Virus record (IMG/VR): IMGVR_UViG_3300035703_000241
Coordinates: 1 to 36,046 of that record
Strand: one strand, 5' to 3'
From: a virus
Lineage: Duplodnaviria > Caudoviricetes
DNA: 36,046 nt
The position numbers were made by a program, and so were the translations under genes. Under the pieces are notes generated by a model that did not search any database, was not told the origin of the DNA, and worked only from the letters and a program-made list of their open reading frames with translations. Positions 8,434 to 16,847 of the stretch are shown one piece after another (positions within the stretch are counted from its first letter, which is position 1; each line of letters starts with the position of its first letter).

Positions 8434-10058
8434 GCCGCCGCTCCTTCCTTGATGCGGCCGATTTCCTCGCTGGCCGTCTTGCGGTCGAACGCCTGCGGGT
8501 CCCTTCCGTGCTTGCGCAGGAACCATGCCTGCGCGTCTGTCGGGCGCTTCATCAGCGCGTCGATGATGGCGCTTGCCTCGTCTAGCGTAAGGCGATCGGC
8601 GTTCGGCACCCCGTTCCGGGCCAGATAGGCGCGCTGCTTGTCGCTCGCCGGGAGCTTGGCGCGGAAGCCCTTCACCTTCGGCGGGGCGATGCCGACGAAT
8701 TCGAACGGGTCGACGACCTGCGTGCTGTACGAGGCCTTGCCCTTCAGCAGACTCCGCTGCTTGCGTGCCTGCTCGTCTTTCAGGAGCCGTTCCGTCTCGT
8801 CGAGCATCTGCAGCACGTCGACCTCCTTGGACGGTGCCTCGGCGGCGCGCCGGGTGCTGCGCTGACGCGTCTCCTCGCCCCATTGGCCACCCAGCACGTC
8901 GCCGGCGTGGATGAGCCGATGCCGGCCGCAGTTGCCCATGAAGTCGAGCAGCAGGACGGACGGCTTCGCGCTTGCGCCGATGGCCGCGCGCCGTGCCTCA
9001 GGCGTCCGCAGGGCATCGACGCAGCCGGGGATGGGCCGGGTGCCCCGCCCTGCCATCTGGCAGTACAGGCTGCGGCTCTTGGTCGGCCGCAGCATCGCCA
9101 CGACCTGCACTCCCTTGCCGTCGGTTGCCGGGTCGTCCCATCCTTCCGTCGTGATCCCGACGTTGGCGAGGAACTGCAGCTGCCCCGCGCCGAAGTCGCG
9201 GAGGATGTTCTTGCGCTCGCCGCGGTCCGTGCCTGCGTGGATGCAGGCCGCCTTGCCGGGATGGTGCCGATTGATGATCTCGGCGACTCTCTTGGCATGG
9301 TCCACGGTGGTGCAGAACAGCAGCGTCCTGCGGTTGCCTGCGATCTCGATGGTCGGCCCGACCATGCGATGCAGGGTCTGCTCGTACTCCATCAGCGCTG
9401 CGAGGTCCGCTCCGTTGAGCTCGCCTGCCGTCGTGCGGACGCCTGAGAAGTCGAGGCCGCTCACGTGTACGACGCTCTGCTTGACGGGCACCAGCCATCC
9501 GTCCCTGATGCCTTCCAGCATCCCGTACTGGTACGCGACCGAGCTGAAGATGGTCCCGAGCGCCTGCTCGTCTGCCCGGTCGGGGGTGGCGGTGGTGCCG
9601 AGCAGCCGCGCGTGCTCGTTGGCGCTGAACCAGCGCCACACCTTCGCCCATGTCGCGGCGGTGGCGTGGTGCGCCTCGTCGAACCAGACCGTGCCGAAGT
9701 CGCTTGGCCGAAACCGCTCAAAGCGGTGCCGCGTTCCGCGCTTGGTGGTCAGCGTCTGCACCGATGCCACCACCACCGGGCAACGACTGAACCCGTCCTC
9801 GATGGATCGACGCGAGGCCATTTCGACGGCGACGTCGCACCTGGCGATGCGCTTGATTGTCGCGGCTGCCTGCTCGACCAGTTCCTCGCGATGCGCGACG
9901 ACCATGGCGCGGCCGCATCGGCCGATCCGGTCGGCGACGATGCTGGCGGCGGTCACGGTCTTGCCCGTGCCCGTCGCCATCACCAGCAGGGTGCTTTGGT
10001 GCCCTGCCCACGCCGACCGGACCTGGTCGATTGCGGCTTGCTGGAAATCGCGGAGCAT
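8430..10058 (-). CDS. Superfamily II DEAH helicase
   Basis: LRDFQ Q-motif, MATGTGKT, FDEAHH, TATPDR, TEGWD, QMAGRGTR. Confidence 0.95.
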   Translation of the reverse strand: MLRDFQQAAIDQVRSAWAGHQSTLLVMATGTGKTVTAASIVADRIGRCGRAMVVAHREELVEQAAATIKRIARCDVAVEMASRRSIEDGFSRCPVVVASVQTLTTKRGTRHRFERFRPSDFGTVWFDEAHHATAATWAKVWRWFSANEHARLLGTTATPDRADEQALGTIFSSVAYQYGMLEGIRDGWLVPVKQSVVHVSGLDFSGVRTTAGELNGADLAALMEYEQTLHRMVGPTIEIAGNRRTLLFCTTVDHAKRVAEIINRHHPGKAACIHAGTDRGERKNILRDFGAGQLQFLANVGITTEGWDDPATDGKGVQVVAMLRPTKSRSLYCQMAGRGTRPIPGCVDALRTPEARRAAIGASAKPSVLLLDFMGNCGRHRLIHAGDVLGGQWGEETRQRSTRRAAEAPSKEVDVLQMLDETERLLKDEQARKQRSLLKGKASYSTQVVDPFEFVGIAPPKVKGFRAKLPASDKQRAYLARNGVPNADRLTLDEASAIIDALMKRPTDAQAWFLRKHGRDPQAFDRKTASEEIGRIKEGAAA

Positions 10059-10855
10059 CAGTCTTGCAGGTCGGTTGGAATGGCGTGGTCGTTGACCAGG
10101 CGGCTCACCCAGCCCACGTTTCGGCACGTACGGCATCCGCTGCCGCGGCAGACCGGGCACTCGCGTGCGGGCATGGCGCCTTCGATCGCCGAGATGGCAT
10201 TCGCCAAGTCGCTTGCGATGGCGTCTCGGTTGAGGAATGCCCCGTGCGAGGTGCCTGCGAGGTCCATGGCTGCCTGCTTGGCCGTGCGGATGGCGTTGCG
10301 GAGCTCGGTGAGCGCCTCGCGAGCTTCGTCCATCGGCGACGAGCTGGTCTCGTCAGTCTCGCCGGATTCGTCGCCGCCGCTTTCCTGGTCTCCCTGCTCC
10401 TGGTCTTCGTTCCGCCTGCGGCATGAGGCGACGAATGGATGCGTCACGGCGCAGAGCCGGGCGATCTCGCGGTCCGAGCGCTCCGAGTACCCCGGCAGCG
10501 ACAGCACCATCGCCACGGCGCGCTGCTTGTCGGCGTTCGTCCTGCGCACGCCGTGCTCGGCGTTGCTCCCCGCCGCGGTCAGGATGGCGTCGAGCATGGT
10601 GCCTGCGATGACGTTGGCGAGGATGCGGTCTTGCCCTGCCTGCGCGGCGGCCGCGACGCGGTGGAACCCGTCGGCGAGCCACATGGTGTGGCCGTCGTTG
10701 ATGATGGTCACGGGCGGGAAGGCGTGTCCGGCCTCGATGAAGGCCGCGTATTCGCCGACTGCGTCGTCGTTGAGCCGCTCGCGCGCTTGCGTGCCCCCGT
10801 CGAGGCGGATCGAGGCGAGCGGGACGTGTCGGGGATTGCGTGCTGTCCGTGGCAT
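10058..10855 (-). CDS. ParB-like N-terminal domain plus HTH protein with C-terminal Zn ribbon
   Basis: TQAR...FPPV...LADGFHRVAAA; SDREIARLCAVTHPFV HTH; CPVCRGSGCRTC; ATG 10855. Confidence 0.8.
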   Translation of the reverse strand: MPRTARNPRHVPLASIRLDGGTQARERLNDDAVGEYAAFIEAGHAFPPVTIINDGHTMWLADGFHRVAAAAQAGQDRILANVIAGTMLDAILTAAGSNAEHGVRRTNADKQRAVAMVLSLPGYSERSDREIARLCAVTHPFVASCRRRNEDQEQGDQESGGDESGETDETSSSPMDEAREALTELRNAIRTAKQAAMDLAGTSHGAFLNRDAIASDLANAISAIEGAMPARECPVCRGSGCRTCRNVGWVSRLVNDHAIPTDLQD

Positions 10856-11206
10856 TCTGTTCTCCGTGCCCTCCGAGAGGGCTGAGTGCTGAGCGACCCC
10901 CGCGTACTCCTTGCGGGGGCGCGTGCCGCTCCGTTCGGGCGTCGGCTTCGCGCTTGCACGTATGTCCATTTCCGCCGGAGGGTCGGCGCGCTGCACGTGC
11001 TGAGCGCGGCGGCTACGTTGCCGCCGGAGCGAGGTAGGGTCAGTCCTCGCCGCGAGCTGCGTGGCAATCGTTACCACGCAACCATCCTCTGGCGCCCTAC
11101 CACGGCGGCACCTTTCCGGCTGCGCGGCCCTGGGGCCTTCATCCGTGCGCAGCACCGGGAACCTAGTTGGAATGGCTGCGGATGCGCTTTCGCGCATCCG
11201 AGCCGC
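10856..11206 (-). other. Hairpin-dense non-coding region (candidate structured RNA or origin)
   Basis: At least eight tandem stems of 6-10 bp, including a 9-bp perfect stem with a GAAA loop on the minus strand (11179-11200). Confidence 0.45.
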
Positions 11207-11842
11207 TTACCCTTCCGTCGTGGGGGGGGTGAGGTCTGCGATCTTGCGTTCGATCCATGCGTCCACGCTCTTGCCCCATGCGGTCGGCCAGCTGGCGAGG
11301 TCCGCAGGAGGGTCGAGCTTGGCGGCGCGCATGTCCGCGATCATGTCGGTTAGCTTGAGGTTTCTGGCCTTGAGCTTGCGCCGGATGGCGCCTGCCCCTG
11401 CGATGCCGATGACTTCGATCGCCACCGTTTCCTCGTCGTTGCGGCGGTCGATCTCGTTCTCGTCTTCCTTCGGCATCTGCAGCAGGTCGCGCACGAAATA
11501 CGCCTGCGAGGTCGTCAGCGCTCCCGCGAGCGCCTTGTCAAACGGTCGGCCGTTGCCTTCAAGGATGGGCCACGGCAGATTCACGAAGTCGCGCCCTTCG
11601 CCGCTGACGTGGTCGAGCCGGAAGCTTGACAGCAGCATCGGCATGTCCCCCGTGAGCACGTGGTAGGCGGATCGCGACAGGGCAAGGCCGGCCGAGTTGA
11701 GCGCCATCCGCGCCGCTTCGAGCATGGTCTCGGCGCTTGCGTAGGCGTACTTGTGGTGCTTGTTGTAGGCGTCCTTCACGACGGGCTTCACGTTCTGCTG
11801 CGCCTGCACCAGCGCGGCGCTCAAGCTTGGGGTCTCTTTCAT
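11207..11842 (-). CDS. ERF-family ssDNA annealing protein
   Basis: AALVQAQ...KDAYNKHHKYAYAS...LDHVSGE...KALAGALTTSQAY; adjacent to the YqaJ exonuclease. Confidence 0.8.
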   Translation of the reverse strand: MKETPSLSAALVQAQQNVKPVVKDAYNKHHKYAYASAETMLEAARMALNSAGLALSRSAYHVLTGDMPMLLSSFRLDHVSGEGRDFVNLPWPILEGNGRPFDKALAGALTTSQAYFVRDLLQMPKEDENEIDRRNDEETVAIEVIGIAGAGAIRRKLKARNLKLTDMIADMRAAKLDPPADLASWPTAWGKSVDAWIERKIADLTPPTTEG

Positions 11843-12738
11843 CGGTTGCCTCCTGCCTTGCGGATGTCGAATCGGCGGAACGTGCTCGTCTTCGTGAGTT
11901 CTTTTGCCTCGGGCCACTTGGCGAGGATCGCCGCCATGTCGGGCGACGTCCTCGAAGCCGTCTGGTAGCGGACGCTCCAGGTGCCGTCGGTGCCTGCGTC
12001 GGCGTCGCCGAGCGCGAGCAGCACGGCCGCCTTTGCCTCGTCGTACGCCGCCTCCGCCGCTTCGAGATTGGCCTTGGCGATGCGCTCTCGCGCGATCACG
12101 GTGGAGTCGATGTCGACCTTCTTGGCCTGGCGGCGCATGCGCCCGAGCGTGTCGAGGGACGGCGTGCCTTCGGGCGGGATGTCCCGCACGACGTGCTTGT
12201 CCCACCACTCCGAGCAGGTGGCCTCGATTTCCTCGCAGACGTCGTCGTCGCGCTCCACGCGGTACATGGCGAACGCGAATCCAAACGCGCCCGACAGGCG
12301 AGCCACGTGCGCCACGCCGCTTTCGGCGCAGAGCATCTGGAACTGCACCTGCAGCGCCACGCGTTCGGGCACCTCGTTCGTGCCGTGCGCGCCCCATCCG
12401 TCCGTCATGCTCGTCGTCTTGGCCTCAACGATCTCGCCGCCGTGCATGAAGCGGTCCAGCATGCCGTCGATGTTGGCGCGCAGGACCCCGCGGACGAACG
12501 TGCTGGTCGGCGCCACCACGCGTCGCTGCAACGATTCGCCCGCGAGGTCCAGCAGGACGCGCTCCAGCGCGGAGCCGAGCCGCATGGCCTCGTTCTCTGG
12601 CTGCGGTTCCGCCTTGCCCGTCTTGATCGCCCACACGTCCCATGCTGATCTCCATGGATCGCGGCCGAGGATGGCCGCGATCTCGCTGGAGCCTATGCCT
12701 GCGTTTCGCGCCGCAAGCTGCTTCTCCGTGATCGTCAT
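11839..12738 (-). CDS. YqaJ-like viral recombinase / lambda-type exonuclease
   Basis: RNAGIGSSEIAAILGRDPWRS...ANIDG...EAKT...QVQFQM. Confidence 0.92.
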   Translation of the reverse strand: MTITEKQLAARNAGIGSSEIAAILGRDPWRSAWDVWAIKTGKAEPQPENEAMRLGSALERVLLDLAGESLQRRVVAPTSTFVRGVLRANIDGMLDRFMHGGEIVEAKTTSMTDGWGAHGTNEVPERVALQVQFQMLCAESGVAHVARLSGAFGFAFAMYRVERDDDVCEEIEATCSEWWDKHVVRDIPPEGTPSLDTLGRMRRQAKKVDIDSTVIARERIAKANLEAAEAAYDEAKAAVLLALGDADAGTDGTWSVRYQTASRTSPDMAAILAKWPEAKELTKTSTFRRFDIRKAGGNR

Positions 12739-12755
12739 CTTCTTCTCCTAAGAAC

Positions 12756-12820
12756 GATTCCCCTGCTCAGGGTGTGCGGACCCGTGAGCAGGGGAATCTT
12801 GCGTGGTCAAAGGTCCGCAC
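12756..12820 (-). promoter_or_regulatory. Structured 5' leader: 14-bp hairpin plus 9-bp loop-pairing segment (pseudoknot-like)
   Basis: gattcccctgctca (12756-12769) pairs with tgagcaggggaatc (12785-12798); 12812-12820 is the reverse complement of loop bases 12774-12782. Confidence 0.55.
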
Positions 12821-12827
12821 GGCGCGA

Positions 12828-12855
12828 AGCATATCGACGCCGCGAGACTTGTAAA
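12828..12855 (-). promoter_or_regulatory. Putative sigma70-type promoter for the recombination/replication operon
   Basis: TTTACA-N16-TATGCT on the minus strand. Confidence 0.5.
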
Positions 12856-12860
12856 GGGGG

Positions 12861-13046
12861 TCAGGAGCGCGGGCGCCCGGGCGGCCTCCGTTGGAATCGC
12901 GGCAGGTCCTCGGCGCGCCACAGTTTCGCCGTGCCTGCGGTGCGTACCGGAGCAATGTGGCGGTTTGCGGCGAGCTGCCGCACCCGCTGCGACGTGACGT
13001 GCAGCAGATTCGCAATCTCTGTCGTGGTAAGTAGATGCTCGGGCAT
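12861..13046 (-). CDS. Small excisionase/MerR-like HTH DNA-binding protein
   Basis: LLTTTEIANLLHVTSQRVRQLAA...LWRAEDL...GRPR; alternative start at 13091. Confidence 0.8.
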   Translation of the reverse strand: MPEHLLTTTEIANLLHVTSQRVRQLAANRHIAPVRTAGTAKLWRAEDLPRFQRRPPGRPRS

Positions 13047-13083
13047 GGGTTTCAGCCTAGTTAGGGTGCGGCGGCAAGGCAAG

Positions 13084-13404
13084 TCAGGCATCGGCGGCCT
13101 TCGCCTTCATCAGCCGTATGGTTGATGCCATGCCGATCAGGAACGCGTTGAGGATCTCGGTGGAACACACGAACGGCGGCGCCCCTCCCTGCATGTGGAC
13201 CGCCGTGAGCTGCTCGCCGTTGACTTCCACGCTTTCAAACCGGACCATCGGACCTAGTTCCGCTGAGCAGCTGACGGCTAGGTCGTGATTGATGTCGTGG
13301 AGCATGGCGATCCAGATTTCCTCGGGGACCTGAATGGTGTCCACGGGAGTTCCGTTGGTCAGCATCTGCAGCAGCGCGTCTATCGCGTCGTCCTTGTCGC
13401 TCAT
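13084..13404 (-). CDS. Hypothetical protein (106 aa)
   Basis: MSDKDDAIDALLQ...; ATGA overlap and GGAG ribosome-binding site. Confidence 0.6.
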   Translation of the reverse strand: MSDKDDAIDALLQMLTNGTPVDTIQVPEEIWIAMLHDINHDLAVSCSAELGPMVRFESVEVNGEQLTAVHMQGGAPPFVCSTEILNAFLIGMASTIRLMKAKAADA

Positions 13405-13616
13405 TGGTTTCGCTCCTGCAGCAGGCGCAAGGCGTCGGCCTGCCACCGCTCCGCGTCCCGCCTCGCCTCGTCGCGCTCGGCGGTGAGGCGGGCGATGGCG
13501 TCGGCGGCATCGTCCACGTAGTCCACGTCCGTGCTGCACCATTTCTGCGGCTCGGCAACGATCTGGCGCAGGCGCTTCACGATGTCCGCGTCGGTCGGGA
13601 ATGGGTCGTTCTTCAT
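13401..13616 (-). CDS. Hypothetical protein (71 aa) with LTAERDEARR segment
   Basis: MKNDPFPTDADIVKRLR...DAADAIARLTAERDEARR; ATGA overlap. Confidence 0.65.
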   Translation of the reverse strand: MKNDPFPTDADIVKRLRQIVAEPQKWCSTDVDYVDDAADAIARLTAERDEARRDAERWQADALRLLQERNQ

Positions 13617-13927
13617 GGCTTGGCTTTCTTCTTGGAGGCATGGTGCATGTACAACCCGAGCCGCTGGTTGGCACGGGCGAGTTCGCGCTTCAGTTCCTTG
13701 ATGCGCTGCACGGCGATCATCCCGACCGTGGCGGTCGTTCCCTTCTGCCGAAGCAGCCACTCCGTGAGTTCGGTGTCGTTCACTTGCCGTCCTCCTTTCG
13801 TGGCACAGGGACAATCGTCACCAGATCGTCGGGAGGTGCAGGAAGGTCGCGCACACCGCGTAGCACATCTTGACCGAGCAATAGCAAGCGACATTCTCGC
13901 CTCGCCTCGTCGCGCTCGGCGGTGAGG
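13459..13927. repeat. 30-bp exact direct repeat (13459-13488 and 13898-13927)
   Basis: cgcctcgcctcgtcgcgctcggcggtgagg occurs twice, encoding LTAERDEARR in two different small genes. Confidence 0.9.
13613..13783 (-). CDS. Hypothetical protein (56 aa)
   Basis: GTG start inside AGGAGGACGGCAAGTGA; MNDTELTEWLLRQKG...KKKAKP. Confidence 0.6.
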   Translation of the reverse strand: MNDTELTEWLLRQKGTTATVGMIAVQRIKELKRELARANQRLGLYMHHASKKKAKP

Positions 13928-14041
13928 GTTGCGTTCTCCTGCCGAAGTCGCTTGATCTCCGCGATTGCCTTGTCCATCAGCGATACCGCATCGGGCGCAA
14001 TCGCCGCAATGATGTCTGTGTCTTTCACTTGCCGTCCTCCT
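13773..14041. repeat. Repeated gene-junction motif (13773-13796 and 14018-14041, 23/24 identical)
   Basis: Minus strand AGGAGGACGGCAAGTGAA(C/A)GACAC contains a Shine-Dalgarno and an overlapping GTG start/TGA stop. Confidence 0.85.
13780..14028 (-). CDS. Hypothetical protein (82 aa) with LTAERDEARR segment
   Basis: Strong Shine-Dalgarno, GTG start, ends KEDGK. Confidence 0.6.
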   Translation of the reverse strand: MKDTDIIAAIAPDAVSLMDKAIAEIKRLRQENATLTAERDEARRECRLLLLGQDVLRGVRDLPAPPDDLVTIVPVPRKEDGK

Positions 14042-14219
14042 CGTATTCGCCACGCATGATCTGTTCAAGTTCGTAGATACGAACAAACACGCGCTCCGCA
14101 GTCAGACCAAGCGCCCATTCGGTTTCCCGATGTTCGGCAAGCGACTTGTAAAGCAACTTGATCTGCCGTTCGATTCGCTCGGCCTTCGTGATCTTGGTCT
14201 TGGGCTTCTTCTTGCTCAC
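14025..14219 (-). CDS. Hypothetical basic protein (64 aa)
   Basis: AAGGAGGAAACCAAGTG start; MSKKKPKTK...EEDGK. Confidence 0.6.
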   Translation of the reverse strand: MSKKKPKTKITKAERIERQIKLLYKSLAEHRETEWALGLTAERVFVRIYELEQIMRGEYEEDGK

Positions 14220-14404
14220 TTGGTTTCCTCCTTCCGTAGCCGCTGCGCTTCCTTCATGTTTTCCTCCAACGCCCACCGCAGTTCCTCGATGAGTTGCGTG
14301 GCGTTCGGTGTCGCTCCGCTCAAGCCCCGCGTCTGGGCGAGGATTCGGTCGGACTTCTGTGCGAGTGTCATGGCGCAGGTGTTACTGAACATGGGCGCGG
14401 TCAT
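14216..14404 (-). CDS. Hypothetical protein (62 aa)
   Basis: Start/stop overlaps with both neighbours and a GGAG ribosome-binding site. Confidence 0.55.
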   Translation of the reverse strand: MTAPMFSNTCAMTLAQKSDRILAQTRGLSGATPNATQLIEELRWALEENMKEAQRLRKEETK

Positions 14405-14793
14405 GGCTGCTCCTCCGCGATGATCGCGAGCGGCATGCGGTCATGCGCGGATCGCCATGCCCGGAACGCCTCGTCGCGAGCGTCGTACTGCGCCCACCAT
14501 TGGGCCTCGTCATCTAGGTGCACGTGGTTCATGCGGATGTCTTCAAGGAGCAGCACCAGGCCCTCGGACGTGAGCAGCATGCGGCTGACGCCCATCGCGA
14601 ATCGGATCTGCGCAGGGTAGTTGCTGAGCTCGTTGAGCACGTCGCCCACCGTGCGTGGCGGCGCTTCCGCGAGCTTGCGCGCGGCCCATTTGCGGAACGG
14701 CTTGCCGTCGTATGGGCGTGGTACTCCGCACGCTTCAAGCATGGTGCTGAGGGTGGTGATGACGGTTGGATGGCAGGATGCGGTCGCTTGCAT
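14401..14793 (-). CDS. Hypothetical protein (130 aa)
   Basis: MQATASCHPTV...AEEQP, directly downstream of the amidotransferase gene. Confidence 0.6.
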   Translation of the reverse strand: MQATASCHPTVITTLSTMLEACGVPRPYDGKPFRKWAARKLAEAPPRTVGDVLNELSNYPAQIRFAMGVSRMLLTSEGLVLLLEDIRMNHVHLDDEAQWWAQYDARDEAFRAWRSAHDRMPLAIIAEEQP

Positions 14794-14812
14794 GGGAAGG
14801 CCTTTCGTTGGA

Positions 14813-15547
14813 TCAGGCAAAGAGGGATGAGCCGCGCACGTTGGTCATGGTGGTGCGCGGACGTACGAGGCTGAGGGCGGTTGGCGCGCCCGGGCGGAAC
14901 AGCTTGCGGACGGTGACGGTGCAGTCGGGCACGGCGGGTGCGCCCGCGATGTTGGAACCTACGAGGGTGAGCGTGCCGCTGCCGTGGCGCATGGTGGTGA
15001 TCGCGAGCGGGTTGCCGCGGCGGGCGTACACGACGCGGCAGTCGTGCGCCCCAAAGAGCGCGATGGTCGCGAGCGGTGCGGATGGTTCCACGGCGTTGAT
15101 GGCGCTCACGAACGCGCCGCCCGTCCCGTTGGCGGCGGAGTCTTCAACCATGCGCGCGAGCACCTCGGAGTCGCATTCGCTCGTGCACAGGAGGCCGCGC
15201 TCGGCCGCGAGCAGCTCGTGCTGCGGGATGATGCCATTGTGCGCGAGGAAGCCGCCGCCGCACGTGAATGGATGCGCGCACGCGAGGTCGTCCGCGCTGC
15301 CGTGCGTTGCCCACCGCGTGTGCCCAATCATGGCGGTGGCGGTCTCCGCGACGTAGGCAATCATTTCAAGGCCCTCGGTGATCGGCCCAATGGCGCGGTA
15401 GGAGCGGATGGTGCGCGCGGAGTCAATCCACGCGATGCCCCACGCGTGGTGGCCGCGCGTCACTTGCGCAGCCGCGAGGCGGCATGCGGAGCGGGGGCAG
15501 ATGGTGAGATCGGCGGTGGATGAGAAGATGGAGAACAGTCCGCACAT
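14813..15547 (-). CDS. Class II (Ntn) glutamine amidotransferase domain protein
   Basis: N-terminal catalytic MCG, RGHHAWG, GHTRWATHG, HPF, HNGII, CDSEV. Confidence 0.92.
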   Translation of the reverse strand: MCGLFSIFSSTADLTICPRSACRLAAAQVTRGHHAWGIAWIDSARTIRSYRAIGPITEGLEMIAYVAETATAMIGHTRWATHGSADDLACAHPFTCGGGFLAHNGIIPQHELLAAERGLLCTSECDSEVLARMVEDSAANGTGGAFVSAINAVEPSAPLATIALFGAHDCRVVYARRGNPLAITTMRHGSGTLTLVGSNIAGAPAVPDCTVTVRKLFRPGAPTALSLVRPRTTMTNVRGSSLFA

Positions 15548-15592
15548 GTGATGGGTCCTTTGGTGGAAGGGGTGAATTGGTGAATGGGTGAC

Positions 15593-16510
15593 TCAGTCAA
15601 TCTCAGCGGTCTCTTGCAGGTCGTACTTGCGCGCCATGCGGACAAGCTGCTTGCGCGCAAACGCGTGGGTGTAGGTCGGGTGTTGGAACTGGCCGCGGGT
15701 GGCGCTCTTGCCGTTCCACACCCACAGGTCGTTCAACATGGCCTTCACGAGCTTCTCGCCGCGGCCTTCGCCCGTCTCGCGGGTGACGCTCGTTTCGGGC
15801 ATGTCAAAGGCCTTGGCGCGGTGGCCGCTGAGGGCGGCTTCCACGATGGAGAGCGCGAGCATGGTCCATGCCACGATCTTCTTGGGGTTCACGCTGCCGC
15901 TGAACACGCGGAATTCCACGGTCGGCTGCGTGCCGCTGAGGAGCGGCATGAGGTTGAGCGTGTGGTAACGGTTGCCGCTGATGGCGTGCCGCACGGCCAT
16001 GTTGTTGCGGTAGTTGGCTTGGCGCACGGACGGGGTCTTGATGGACGCACAAAAGTGGTTGTTCTCGCGGGCGTGCGTGCCCGTGGTGGCAAACAGGGCG
16101 GCTTCCCAATGTGCCACGAGATGCACGAGGCGGCGCACGGCGGCAAGGTCGTTGGTTGGGAATCCCACGTGGATGTGGACGCCGCACGTGCGGTTCACGC
16201 GCGCGCCCATGGCCGCGATGCGCTCAACCATGATCTGCACGTTTTCAAGGCCTTCGGAGCCGCGCAGCACGGGGGAGACAAACTCCACGCCTTGCATGTT
16301 CTGGACGTGGATGCTGCCATCGTGAGATGCCTTCCACGCGCCGCTCACCACGCCGCGCTCGGGCGCGTTCGGGATGACGCGACCAGCGTGGTAGCCGCCC
16401 ACGTTGATGCCTGCGGAGCCGGGGCATCCGGTTTCGATCTCGACTCCGAAGGTGAGGGTCTGGACGGTGGCGGCGGACGCGGTGACGGGGACGGTGGCGG
16501 TGGCGGGCAT
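15593..16510 (-). CDS. Putative amidoligase (COOH-NH2 ligase, glutamine synthetase-like fold)
   Basis: TFGVEIE, W...DGSI, EFVSPVL, VNRTCGVHIHVG, RYHTLNL and TVEFR match the Amidoligase_2-type pattern. Confidence 0.9.
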   Translation of the reverse strand: MPATATVPVTASAATVQTLTFGVEIETGCPGSAGINVGGYHAGRVIPNAPERGVVSGAWKASHDGSIHVQNMQGVEFVSPVLRGSEGLENVQIMVERIAAMGARVNRTCGVHIHVGFPTNDLAAVRRLVHLVAHWEAALFATTGTHARENNHFCASIKTPSVRQANYRNNMAVRHAISGNRYHTLNLMPLLSGTQPTVEFRVFSGSVNPKKIVAWTMLALSIVEAALSGHRAKAFDMPETSVTRETGEGRGEKLVKAMLNDLWVWNGKSATRGQFQHPTYTHAFARKQLVRMARKYDLQETAEID

Positions 16511-16559
16511 TGGTGGTTCCGTTGGTGGTGGTTGCGATCAGCGCGTTGCTGATGATGGA

Positions 16560-16588
16560 ACTATACCCACTCCGAAATGGTTGTACAG
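16560..16588 (-). promoter_or_regulatory. Putative early sigma70 promoter
   Basis: CTGTAC-N17-TATAGT in a locally AT-rich stretch upstream of the amidoligase, followed by a small hairpin (atcagc/gctgat). Confidence 0.55.
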
Positions 16589-16747
16589 GGGGATGGATCA
16601 ATATTTCTCCAGATTTGCCACTTTTGCGCTATTGGTCACGGGCAGGGCGGAGGATTGCCACAGGGCGCGGGGGAGTGCATATAGGGTGGAAGGGCATCCC
16701 CGCGCTCCGGACGCGTCTGGGGGCATCGTGGCGCGCGCACAGGGCGG

Positions 16748-16788
16748 GAAACGAAACGCGCCCGGGACGTTGCCGTCTACCGGGCGCG
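16748..16788 (-). terminator. Rho-independent terminator ending the late operon
   Basis: Minus strand cgcgcccgg-ta-gacg-GCAA-cgtc-ccgggcgcg followed by TTTCGTTTC. Confidence 0.7.
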
Positions 16789-16847
16789 CTTCCGGGGGTC
16801 AGGTCCGGTCGGGCGGGTTTCCGAGCCGCCTAGGCTCGGTCGCCTCG

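Noticed and set aside
10856-11206. tRNA or Rho-independent terminator in the hairpin-rich gap
   Set aside because: No cloverleaf with T-loop and D-loop consensus was found, and no U-tract follows the strongest stem.
13459-14041. Repeats as a CRISPR array or att sites
   Set aside because: Only two copies each, lying within coding sequence at irregular spacing, with no cas or integrase gene.
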